Shown: in pieces, positions 45,723 through 54,336 of the stretch | Numbering within the stretch: position 1 is the stretch's first letter | How the letters are laid out: each line of letters starts with the position of its first letter | From: an uncultured Mycoplasma sp. | GTDB lineage: Bacteria; Bacillota_I; Bacilli_A; RF39; UBA660 | Length of the DNA stretch: 64,000 nucleotides | NCBI GenBank assembly: GCA_946554525.1 | Contig: CAMNSE010000004.1 | Span: 8,177-72,176 of the forward strand | Direction of reading: 5' to 3' | Program-made: the position numbers and the translations under genes | Notes under the pieces: model-generated | The model's database searches: none | What the model was told of the DNA's origin: nothing | What the model saw: the letters and a program-made list of their open reading frames with translations, nothing else

Positions 45723-47993
45723 ATGAAATTTAAGATATCACCAAAAGACTTTTTAATATTTTGCTTATACTGTATATTATTATTATATTTATGTGCAATA
45801 GCTGTACTTAATTTTTCATCATTTTTAAATGATGGTACATTTTATGGGTTATTACCATTTAAAGCTTTCACTAAAGACTATATTGTGATAACTTTATTTA
45901 TGTTTTTTGTAGCTTTGATTCTTATATTTACAAGTGTTTCTTCCTATGTATTTAATAAAGAAAAAGGAAAAGGCTTTGGAATAAAACTTGGAGAAAAATC
46001 TGAGAGTGGTTATGCTAGATGGTCAACAGAAAAAGAAATTAAAGCCGATAGTGGGGTAACAAAAGTTGATCCAAAAGCAGATAAATTAAATGCTGCAGGA
46101 ATCCCTTTAATTAATAATGGAAAAGAAATATGGGTTGATAATGGAGAATACCATAATTTAGTTATAGGATCTACAGGTTCTGGAAAAACTCAAACAGTTG
46201 TTAAACCGATGGTAAATTTACTTGCTAAAAAGGGCGAATCTATGATTATTACAGACCCTAAAGGTGAAATTTATAAATATGCGGCTACAGCTTTAAAAGA
46301 ACGTGGATATAAGATTATTGTTTTAAATTTCCGTGAGCCAAATAAAGGCAATGCTTGGAATCCTCTTACACTCCCATATCGTTATTATAAAGATGGAAAT
46401 ACTGATAAATCTACTGAATTATTGGATGACGTGGCATTAAATATTTTATACGATCAAACTAAAAAGAGTGGAGACTCTGATTTCTGGGAAAAAAGTGCGG
46501 CCGATTATTTTTCTGGTTTAGCGTTAGGATTGTTTTATGATGCTAAAGAAAAAGAAGTGAATTTAAATAGTATTAACTTTATGAGTACAATTGGTGAAGA
46601 GAGATATGCAACTAGTAATTATATTAAAGAGTATTTCAACTTAAAAGGAGCAGAATCAGCACCTTATATATTTGCGTCAAATACAATCAATGCCCCAAAT
46701 GATACTAAAGGTGGTATTTTATCAACATTTAGACAAAAAATTCGTTTGTTTTCATCTCGTGAATCATTAAGTGAAATGCTTGCTTATAGTGATTTTAAAA
46801 TGGAAGATATAGGTCGTGAAAAAACGGCAGTATTTATGATTATTCATGATGAGAAAAAAACATATCATGCTCTTATGACAATATTTATTAAACAATGCTA
46901 TGAAACATTGATAGATGTTGCTCAAGAAAATGGAGGGAAACTGCCATTTAGAACTAATTTTATCTTAGATGAATTTGCCAATATGCCTCCACTAAAAGAT
47001 GTAGATTCAATGGTTAGTGCCGCTCGTTCTAGAGATATTAGATTTACATTTATTATTCAAAACTTTGCGCAATTAAATGATGTATATGGTAAAGAAGTAG
47101 CGGAAATTATTAAAGGTAACTGTGGAAACTTAGTGTACTTAATTAGTACAGAACTAGCGGCCTTAGAAGAAATTTCTAAGATGTGTGGAGAAGTAAAATC
47201 AAAAGAAAAAGATAAAACTGCCTCTACGCCACTTGTTACAATATCCGATTTACAAAAGTTAAAATTATTTCAAGCGATTATTATTCGTCTTCGTATGAAT
47301 CCATTTAAAACAAAATTAGAACCGGATTTTAAAATGGATTGGGGAATGAATAGAGAAGAAACAGCATATCCAGAAAGAGAAATTAAAAATATTGAATTAT
47401 TTGATTTAAAGAAATATGTAACTGAAGAAAAAAGAAAACAAATGATGGCTAATTTAGAAAATAATGAAAATAAAGAGCCAAGTCCATTTGCAAATAATTT
47501 TGGAAATCCATTTATGCCTGGTGGCAATAATATGGGAATGCCTAGTGGTATGGGCGCATCTCAACCATTAAATGGTTCTACTCCAATGGGCGGAATGACT
47601 CCAAATTCATCTTCACCATTTAGTAGTAATCCCATGTTTGATAAACCTATGAGCTCATTATCTGATATGGATATAGACGCTATGATGAAAGATATTGATA
47701 GAAGATTAAAAGAGCTTGATGAAGAAGAAGCAAAACAAAAAGCTGAAATGGAGAAAGCTAAAAAGATTGAAGAACCAAAAGAAAGAGAACTTCCTAGTAT
47801 AAGAGAGGCAGAGGTAACAGAATCTAACACTACTGAAAAAGACCAAATTAATTTAGAAAAAACAGAAGAAGGTTTAGAAGAATTATTGGATGATGAAACT
47901 ACTCCTAAAATTAATGTTGATGCTGATAGCATTATTGTAAATGATAATGTTATAACAGATGATGAATTTTTTGACGATTTTTTCGGTGAATAA
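45723..47993 (+). CDS. VirD4/TraG/TraD-family type IV coupling-protein-like ATPase with a low-complexity C-terminal tail
   Basis: Two N-terminal transmembrane segments, Walker A GSTGSGKT, ITDPKGEIY and FILDEFANMPPL (the T4CP LDEF motif). The tail is P/G/M/N-rich, followed by a highly acidic end. Confidence 0.75.
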   Translation: MKFKISPKDFLIFCLYCILLLYLCAIAVLNFSSFLNDGTFYGLLPFKAFTKDYIVITLFMFFVALILIFTSVSSYVFNKEKGKGFGIKLGEKSESGYARWSTEKEIKADSGVTKVDPKADKLNAAGIPLINNGKEIWVDNGEYHNLVIGSTGSGKTQTVVKPMVNLLAKKGESMIITDPKGEIYKYAATALKERGYKIIVLNFREPNKGNAWNPLTLPYRYYKDGNTDKSTELLDDVALNILYDQTKKSGDSDFWEKSAADYFSGLALGLFYDAKEKEVNLNSINFMSTIGEERYATSNYIKEYFNLKGAESAPYIFASNTINAPNDTKGGILSTFRQKIRLFSSRESLSEMLAYSDFKMEDIGREKTAVFMIIHDEKKTYHALMTIFIKQCYETLIDVAQENGGKLPFRTNFILDEFANMPPLKDVDSMVSAARSRDIRFTFIIQNFAQLNDVYGKEVAEIIKGNCGNLVYLISTELAALEEISKMCGEVKSKEKDKTASTPLVTISDLQKLKLFQAIIIRLRMNPFKTKLEPDFKMDWGMNREETAYPEREIKNIELFDLKKYVTEEKRKQMMANLENNENKEPSPFANNFGNPFMPGGNNMGMPSGMGASQPLNGSTPMGGMTPNSSSPFSSNPMFDKPMSSLSDMDIDAMMKDIDRRLKELDEEEAKQKAEMEKAKKIEEPKERELPSIREAEVTESNTTEKDQINLEKTEEGLEELLDDETTPKINVDADSIIVNDNVITDDEFFDDFFGE

Positions 47994-48003
47994 TTCATTT
48001 TAT

Positions 48004-48032
48004 GGGGCATAATCATTATGCCTCTTTTTTTT
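48004..48032 (+). terminator. rho-independent terminator
   Basis: GGCATAA-TCA-TTATGCC followed by TCTTTTTTTT. Confidence 0.75.
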
Positions 48033-48059
48033 ATTTTCATAAGATAAATTGTGATCAAT

Positions 48060-48317
48060 ATGAAAAGGATGAATATTAATCATTATACGAGAAGTATGGG
48101 TGTGTTAATTGATGTTCAAAATGTAGTTGATTATAGTGTATATCATCACCCAGACAGTATTAATATTCCATATGAAACTTTAATGCTAAATTATAAAAAG
48201 TTATTAAATAAAAATAATAGTTATTATATAGTATGTAAAAAGGGGACAAAATCTAGAAAAGCAGTTAGCATTTTAGAATTTTATGGATATGACGTAACTC
48301 AAATGAGTTATGAATAA
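48060..48317 (+). CDS. single-domain rhodanese-like sulfurtransferase
   Basis: Has HHPDSINIP and the active-site loop CKKGTKS. Confidence 0.6.
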   Translation: MKRMNINHYTRSMGVLIDVQNVVDYSVYHHPDSINIPYETLMLNYKKLLNKNNSYYIVCKKGTKSRKAVSILEFYGYDVTQMSYE

Positions 48318-48348
48318 AAAGGCTTTTTTGGTGAGAAAAGCCTTTTAT
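48317..48348 (+). terminator. rho-independent terminator
   Basis: AAAAGGCTTTT...AAAAGCCTTTT. Confidence 0.75.
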
Positions 48349-48441
48349 TAAAGTGGATTTATAATTAAATTATAAAATTTAGTATTTACTAACTTGACTA
48401 AAATCATATTTCTGATATAATTATGAATAGAAGGTGACGAT

Positions 48442-48864
48442 ATGAAAAAAACAAGCAAAAAAGGGTTTACATTAGTAGAGTTATTAAGTGTTATAGTTAT
48501 ATTATCAGTTGTTATATTAATTGCGACAAATGCAGTATTGCCAGCTGCAAATAATGCAAAAAAGGAAGTATTAGCTGGAGAAGCAAATTTTATTATTCAA
48601 CAAGTAGGTCCTTATGCAGCAAAAGATGGCGTTACATCTTCTAAGTGTTATAGTTTCCAAGATTTAAAAGACGCTAGTGTAATTGAAAAGCATGATGAAT
48701 CTTATCATGGAAGCATTTTAGTCTCACTTGATGAAAAAGGGAACCCAACTTATAAAGTTTGGTTATCAAATGGTACATTTATGGTTGATGGTATTGCAAA
48801 TAGGGTAGACACTTCAGATGTTAAAGCTTCTGGTTATGATGCATCTGATACTTGTGGTAAATAA
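48442..48864 (+). CDS. type IV pilin-like protein (prepilin N-terminal cleavage/methylation motif)
   Basis: MKKTSKKG|FTLVELLSVIVILSVVILIA, followed by a globular domain with two Cys residues (SSKCY...DTCGK). Confidence 0.78.
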   Translation: MKKTSKKGFTLVELLSVIVILSVVILIATNAVLPAANNAKKEVLAGEANFIIQQVGPYAAKDGVTSSKCYSFQDLKDASVIEKHDESYHGSILVSLDEKGNPTYKVWLSNGTFMVDGIANRVDTSDVKASGYDASDTCGK

Positions 48865-48887
48865 TCTAGAGAAATCTAGATTTTTTC
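48863..48887 (+). terminator. rho-independent terminator
   Basis: ATCTAGA-GAAA-TCTAGAT followed by TTTTT. Confidence 0.75.
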
Positions 48888-48933
48888 TTTTTTTCTTTAT
48901 GTAAAAATGATATAATATTTTTAGGTGATTATA

Positions 48934-49839
48934 ATGATAATAGGATCTCATGTTTCATTTGGAAGTGAGCAATTACTTGGAAGTGTAAAAGAAGCAATAA
49001 GCTATGGAGCTAATACTTTTATGTTTTATACTGGAGCTCCACAAAATACTATTAGAAAAAGTATTAATATGAATTTAGTAAGCGAAGCCAAAAAATTAAT
49101 GGAGGAAAATAATATTAATATAAATCATGTTATATGTCATGCGCCATATATTATTAATTTAGCAAATGATTTGGATCCAACTAAGTATGATTTTAGTATT
49201 AACTTTTTAAAAAATGAAATTAGCAGATGTGAAGAGATGGGAATTAAATATATAGTTATTCATCCTGGCTCAAGTGTTGGGATTGAAAGAAACAAAGCAT
49301 TAGATAATATTGCAAATGCCTTAATGTTAGTAATTAATAATGATATGAAAGTAAAAATTTTACTTGAAACCATGGCTGGAAAAGGTACAGAATGTGGATG
49401 TTCTTTAGAAGAAATTAAATATATATTAGATTATGTTAATAGTGATAAATTAGGCGTTTGCCTTGACACATGCCACTTAAATGATGCAGGATACAATATG
49501 AATGATTTTGATGGTTTTTTAAATCTTTTTGATAAGCTTATTGGTATTGAAAAAATTGGTTGTATTCATGTTAATGATAGCAAAAATGCTTTTTCTTCTC
49601 ATAAAGATAGGCACGCAAATATTGGGTATGGTACAATTGGTTTTGAAGCTATTTTAAAAATTGTTAATCATCCAAAATTAGAAGGAATCCCTAAAATACT
49701 AGAAACACCTTATATTGGAAATACAGAAGAAGATAAAGATAGAATATACCCACCTTATAAGTTTGAAATAAAAATGCTTAAAGATGGACTATATAATGTG
49801 AATTTGATGGATGATATTCGAAAATTTTATAAATATTAA
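48934..49839 (+). CDS. nfo: endonuclease IV
   Basis: Has IGSHVS..., HAPYIINLA, IHPGS and CLDTCH. ATG 48934 follows AGGTGA. Confidence 0.92.
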   Translation: MIIGSHVSFGSEQLLGSVKEAISYGANTFMFYTGAPQNTIRKSINMNLVSEAKKLMEENNININHVICHAPYIINLANDLDPTKYDFSINFLKNEISRCEEMGIKYIVIHPGSSVGIERNKALDNIANALMLVINNDMKVKILLETMAGKGTECGCSLEEIKYILDYVNSDKLGVCLDTCHLNDAGYNMNDFDGFLNLFDKLIGIEKIGCIHVNDSKNAFSSHKDRHANIGYGTIGFEAILKIVNHPKLEGIPKILETPYIGNTEEDKDRIYPPYKFEIKMLKDGLYNVNLMDDIRKFYKY

Positions 49840-49859
49840 AAAAACCTCAAGTAGAGAGG

Positions 49860-50132
49860 TTATCCTAAGAAATTTTGATATTTAGCACTATATTCTTCAA
49901 AAAGTTTTTTGATTTTATTAAAATTTTCAGGACTAAAATGGTCTTTATAACGTTCTAAGTTTAAAAGCTTAGGATTTTTTATTACTTGTTCCCAATTCTT
50001 TTTTACAAAATGATAGACGAAATCTAATTCTTCTTCACTTAAGTTTGTGTTTTTGCTAAGAGCAAAATTATTAATATCGTCTTTTGTTATACGTGCCATA
50101 TATCTACATATTAAATTATACATCTTCTTCAC
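49860..50132 (-). CDS. small hypothetical protein (DUF2624/YqfT-like, tentative)
   Basis: 90-aa ORF with its own terminator (AACCTC...GAGGTT followed by a T run on the minus strand). The family assignment is from memory only. Confidence 0.4.
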   Translation of the reverse strand: MKKMYNLICRYMARITKDDINNFALSKNTNLSEEELDFVYHFVKKNWEQVIKNPKLLNLERYKDHFSPENFNKIKKLFEEYSAKYQNFLG

Positions 50133-50188
50133 CCTAATACATTGTATGAAAAAAAGATAATTTTGAATACTAATAAAGAGTGATATTT

Positions 50189-52153
50189 ATGCCAAGAAAG
50201 TTTTATATATATATTTCATTTATTATTTTGATATTTATGCTTTTTACTGTTAGGGTATTTTATCTTTCTTATGGAAAGAAAACTTATTATCAAGAAAGAA
50301 TGAAAGAAATCAAAGAAGTATATGTAAGAGGTGGATCTTCTCCTAGAGGAAGAATATTAGATATAAACGGAAAAGTAATTGTTGATAATATTGGAGTGAA
50401 TACTATTTTATATCATAAATCAAGTGATATTAATACAAAAAAAGAAATTGAAATTGCTAAAAAATTAGTAGAATTTACAAATTATGAATATCCTTATTCT
50501 GAATCAAAATTAAAAGATTATTATCTTATATTGTATCCAGATAAGGGTGATAAACTTATTACAGAAGAAGAAAAAAAATTATATAATGAAAGAAAACTAA
50601 ATAAAGATGAAATATACCATTTAAAAATAAATAGGATTACTAATGAAATGTTAGAGGAATTATCTCTTATAGAAAAGCATAGCTCGGTATTTTATTATTT
50701 AATGAATGAAGGATATGGATATCAAAATAAAACAATTTTAAAAGATATAAAAGATGAAGTATATGCAAGTATTATTGAGGCTGCTCTTCCAGGTATTTTT
50801 GGCGAAATGGAATGGAAAAGAAACTACATATATGGAGAATCTTTAAGAACAATTTTGGGCTCTATTAGTAGTAGTTTGCCAGCCGAAAAAAGCGATTTAT
50901 TAAATGAAGGGTATTCTTATTTAGATAAAGTTGGTATTAGTGGCTTAGAAGAATATTATGAAGAATATTTAAAAGGAGAAAAGGGCATATATAAAGTAAA
51001 TGGAGATAATTCCCTTGAGCTAGTTAGCGAAGCTAAAAGGGGAAAAGATTTAGTATTAGAAATTGATATTGATTTGCAAGTTAAAATAGAAGAGATAATA
51101 AAAAATGAAATATTAAAAGCTAAAAAAACGCCAAATACAGAGTTTTATAAAGAGAGTTATGCTTTAGTTAGTGAACCATCTACAGGAAGAATTAGAGCTA
51201 TAGCCGGAATGAGACTAAATTCAAATGGTAAAGAGACAAGCTTTAGTGATGTTTCTATAAATGTGATTAAAAACGCTTATACGATGGGAAGTGCGGTAAA
51301 AGGGGCATCTATGAGTGTTGGTTATTTGAATCATGTAATTGATATTGGTACTACTATGACAGACTCTTGTGTAAAATTATATAGTGAGCCAGCTAAATGT
51401 TCTTTTATGAGATTAGGCAGAGTAAATGATTTGACAGCCTTAACTAATAGTTCAAACTATTATCAATTTATTATCGCATTAGGCGTTGCGGGAAATAAAT
51501 ATACATATAATATAAAAGCTAAAGCCAGTATGGAAGATTTCATGACATATCGTAATACTTTTGCAGAATTTGGATTAGGTGTTAATACGGGCATAGATTT
51601 GTATGGAGAAGCAACGGGATTAAAGGGAAGTAAAATAGCTCCTGACTTACTTATGAATTTAGCAATTGGCCAATATGATACTTATACGCCTGTATCTTTA
51701 TTACAATATGCAAATACTATTGCAAATGATGGAGTTAGATTAAAATTATCTTTAATGCATAGTATTAAAGAAGAAGAGAAAGATATTTTAATAAATGAGG
51801 TAAGCGTTTTAAATAAAATTAGTTTGGAAGATAAATATTTAAAAAGAATACAAGCGGGATTTCATGATGTTATTAAACATGGAACAGGATACTATTACGT
51901 TAAAAGTGGATTAGATGCTGCGGGTAAGACGGGAACTAGTGAATCTTATATTGATGCTAATTATGATGGCATTTTAGATAGTTATGTTGTTAGTAATACA
52001 TTTTTAATGTATGCTCCTTTTGATGATCCAAAGTATTCTTTGGTAGTAATTAGTCCTAATACAAGTAATTTAAATGGTAAAAGTGAGTATCGAAGTAGTG
52101 TTAACCGATTAATTGCACGGAATATTAGCGATTTACTATTCACAAGTTCGTAA
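50189..52153 (+). CDS. penicillin-binding protein 2-type transpeptidase
   Basis: N-terminal transmembrane anchor, then SAVK (SxxK), SSN (SxN) and KTGTSE (KTG) in the canonical order. Confidence 0.88.
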   Translation: MPRKFYIYISFIILIFMLFTVRVFYLSYGKKTYYQERMKEIKEVYVRGGSSPRGRILDINGKVIVDNIGVNTILYHKSSDINTKKEIEIAKKLVEFTNYEYPYSESKLKDYYLILYPDKGDKLITEEEKKLYNERKLNKDEIYHLKINRITNEMLEELSLIEKHSSVFYYLMNEGYGYQNKTILKDIKDEVYASIIEAALPGIFGEMEWKRNYIYGESLRTILGSISSSLPAEKSDLLNEGYSYLDKVGISGLEEYYEEYLKGEKGIYKVNGDNSLELVSEAKRGKDLVLEIDIDLQVKIEEIIKNEILKAKKTPNTEFYKESYALVSEPSTGRIRAIAGMRLNSNGKETSFSDVSINVIKNAYTMGSAVKGASMSVGYLNHVIDIGTTMTDSCVKLYSEPAKCSFMRLGRVNDLTALTNSSNYYQFIIALGVAGNKYTYNIKAKASMEDFMTYRNTFAEFGLGVNTGIDLYGEATGLKGSKIAPDLLMNLAIGQYDTYTPVSLLQYANTIANDGVRLKLSLMHSIKEEEKDILINEVSVLNKISLEDKYLKRIQAGFHDVIKHGTGYYYVKSGLDAAGKTGTSESYIDANYDGILDSYVVSNTFLMYAPFDDPKYSLVVISPNTSNLNGKSEYRSSVNRLIARNISDLLFTSS

Positions 52154-52200
52154 TTAAGTGTTATAATACTACTAGACTTTTTGTAAAAGGAGGTGCTCTC

Positions 52201-52365
52201 ATGGCAAAAAACGAAAATAGAAATTATGTAACTTTAAAATGTACAGTATGTGGTGAGGAACTTAGATGTACTAGTAAAAATAAAAAAAATACTCCTGATC
52301 GTTTAGAAGTTAAGAAGTATTGTAAGAATTGTCACAAACATCAATTAGCAAAAGAAAAAAAATAG
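52201..52365 (+). CDS. rpmG: 50S ribosomal protein L33
   Basis: Absent from the ORF track (54 aa). GGAGGTG RBS. Reads MAKNENRNYVTLKCTVCGEELRCTSKNKKNTPDRLEVKKYCKNCHKHQLAKEKK, including the zinc ribbon. Confidence 0.9.
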   Translation: MAKNENRNYVTLKCTVCGEELRCTSKNKKNTPDRLEVKKYCKNCHKHQLAKEKK

Positions 52366-52384
52366 AAAAATACAGGAGGTTTAT

Positions 52385-52609
52385 ATGGCTAAGAAAAAAT
52401 CAATTTTTAAATTGCAAAAAACAACTCTTATTGAACCTATAAATGCAATTATGACGGTACATCATCATACAGATTATATGCCTCATATTGTATCTGAGGC
52501 TAAAAGGATTGTTCCAGAAAATACAAAGGGTTGGAAAAAGGCAGTTAAACATAAAATGGTTAGAAGACTTTTAAAAGTTAGGAGTGTAGAACATGAACAT
52601 CAATATTAA
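52385..52609 (+). CDS. hypothetical small basic protein
   Basis: AGGAGG RBS 7 nt upstream. 74 aa, rich in Lys and His. It overlaps the efp start by 17 nt. Confidence 0.45.
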   Translation: MAKKKSIFKLQKTTLIEPINAIMTVHHHTDYMPHIVSEAKRIVPENTKGWKKAVKHKMVRRLLKVRSVEHEHQY

Positions 52610-53153
52610 TGATATTAAAAATGGAATGACAATTATTATGGATAATAATTTATATCAAATAGTAGAGTTCCAACATGTAAAACCTGGAAAAGGTAGTGCT
52701 TTTGTAAGAATGAAATTAAGAAATTTAAGAACTGGTTCTATTACAGAAGATACTTATAATACAAATATAAAAATAACAAAGGCTCATATTGATCGTTCTC
52801 CAATGCAATTTTTATATTCAGCAGGAGAAAATTACGTATTTATGAATAATGAAACTTATGAACAAATTGAGATATCTACAAAAGTATTAGGCGATCAAGT
52901 AAAATTTATTAAAGAAGGACTTGAAATTACTGTAGACTATTATGAAGGTGAAATTTTAGGTATTACTTTACCTGAAAAAGTAGAATACGAAATTATTGAA
53001 ACAGAGCCAGCTGTAAAGGGTAATACTACTAATAATGCTCAAAAAGATGCAAAAATTGAAACTGGGTATGTTGTAAAAGTGCCATTATTTATTAATGAGG
53101 GTGAAAGAATTATTATTTCTACTAAAGATGGAAAATATTCATCAAGAGCTTAA
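52593..53153 (+). CDS. efp: translation elongation factor P
   Basis: Has IVEFQHVKPGKGSAFVRMKLRNLRTG and is 186 aa. Confidence 0.95.
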   Translation: MNININDIKNGMTIIMDNNLYQIVEFQHVKPGKGSAFVRMKLRNLRTGSITEDTYNTNIKITKAHIDRSPMQFLYSAGENYVFMNNETYEQIEISTKVLGDQVKFIKEGLEITVDYYEGEILGITLPEKVEYEIIETEPAVKGNTTNNAQKDAKIETGYVVKVPLFINEGERIIISTKDGKYSSRA

Positions 53154-53154
53154 G

Positions 53155-53180
53155 TTAGAGAGTTATCTCTAATTTTTTTT
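53155..53180 (+). terminator. rho-independent terminator
   Basis: TTAGAG-AGTTAT-CTCTAA followed by T8. A second perfect 12-bp-arm hairpin follows (GATAAACAAAAA...TTTTTGTTTATC at about 53193-53223). Confidence 0.75.
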
Positions 53181-53295
53181 ATTGATAAACAAAAAATATA
53201 AATTTTTGTTTATCTGTTAGAAGAAACATTAAAATTTGATTAATTTTGATTCGAATTTTAACAAATCTGCTATCAGATTTAGTAAAAACTGTATT

Positions 53296-53324
53296 TTGAC
53301 ATAACAGTATATATATGATATAGT
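53296..53324 (+). promoter_or_regulatory. sigma-A-type promoter of the DUF1016 nuclease gene
   Basis: TTGACA (53296-53301), 17-nt spacer, TATAGT (53319-53324). Confidence 0.55.
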
Positions 53325-53354
53325 GCTCCTACTTAAGAAAGGAGCATTTTTAAA

Positions 53355-54272
53355 ATGAAAGAAGAATACTACAATGAGATAGAACACTATATAAAAAAAT
53401 ATGAAGTAAGTAAAAGAGCGAGAGTAATATCAGATAATTATGAACAGTTAGAGACAAATTGGAATATAGGAAGGCTTTTAGTTGAAGCACAAGGAGGAAG
53501 TAGGCGTGCAAAATATGGAAATGGGCTTATAAAAGAGTGGAGTAAGAAATATACTGAAAATTATGGTAAAGGTTATACATATAGTAATTTAAGTAGATTT
53601 AGACAATTTTATCTGTATTTTCCAATACTTGCGACAGTGTCGCAAGTATCTTGGTCTATTATAGTAGAATTATTATCTATAAAAGATACAAACAAGAGAA
53701 ACTATTATATTAACTTATGTATTGAAAATAATCTGTCGGTAAGAGAACTAAGAAATCAAATAAAATCAGGTTCATATGAAAGATTAATAAATAAACCAGA
53801 ACATATAGAAATTATACAGCAAAAAAATAATTTATTAATCATAGATAATATAAAAAATCCAATTATATTAGAAGTATGTAAGAATGAAGAAGTAAAAAAT
53901 GAGAACAATCTACAGATGTTAATACTTTCAAAATTAAAAAATTTTTTTGAGCAATTAGGCAGTGGATATACACTTGTTGGCAGTGAATATAAAATAAGTT
54001 GTAATGGTAAGAATTATTATATAGATATATTGCTTTTCAATTATAAAGTAAATGTATTTGTAGTCGTAGAATTAAAACTGCGAGAGTTAAAAGTAGAAGA
54101 CAAAGTTCAAATACAAAAATATATGTATTTAGTTGATAACTATGTAAAAGAAACATTTCACAATAAAACAATAGGAATAATAATTGCTAAAGAGCAAGAT
54201 AATTTCATTATGAATTTTATTAGAGAAGAAAATATTATTCCTATTACTTATCAACTATTAAAAAATGAATAA
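53355..54272 (+). CDS. YhcG/DUF1016-family PD-(D/E)xK nuclease-like protein
   Basis: The N-terminal helical domain (NWNIGRLLVEAQGG...YG..LIKEWSKKY) fits the family. The C-terminal core has YIDILLF...VVELK (D...ExK). Confidence 0.6.
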   Translation: MKEEYYNEIEHYIKKYEVSKRARVISDNYEQLETNWNIGRLLVEAQGGSRRAKYGNGLIKEWSKKYTENYGKGYTYSNLSRFRQFYLYFPILATVSQVSWSIIVELLSIKDTNKRNYYINLCIENNLSVRELRNQIKSGSYERLINKPEHIEIIQQKNNLLIIDNIKNPIILEVCKNEEVKNENNLQMLILSKLKNFFEQLGSGYTLVGSEYKISCNGKNYYIDILLFNYKVNVFVVVELKLRELKVEDKVQIQKYMYLVDNYVKETFHNKTIGIIIAKEQDNFIMNFIREENIIPITYQLLKNE

Positions 54273-54336
54273 ATTAAAGATAATTACTTTTTTATGATAA
54301 TCATTTTTGATATAATGAATATAGTGGGGTGATATC

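Noticed and set aside
47561-48058. 165-aa minus-strand ORF antisense to the 3' end of the VirD4-like gene.
   Set aside because: It is a Ser/Leu/Phe-rich shadow of the GAA/AAA/GAT-rich sense frame. It has no RBS and spans the sense gene's terminator. The sense frame has clear family motifs.
53325-53345. Hairpin GCTCCT...AGGAGC that would sequester the RBS of the DUF1016 gene.
   Set aside because: With the TTGACA-17-TATAGT promoter, the transcript should start at about 53331, downstream of the left arm. The hairpin would then not exist in the mRNA.
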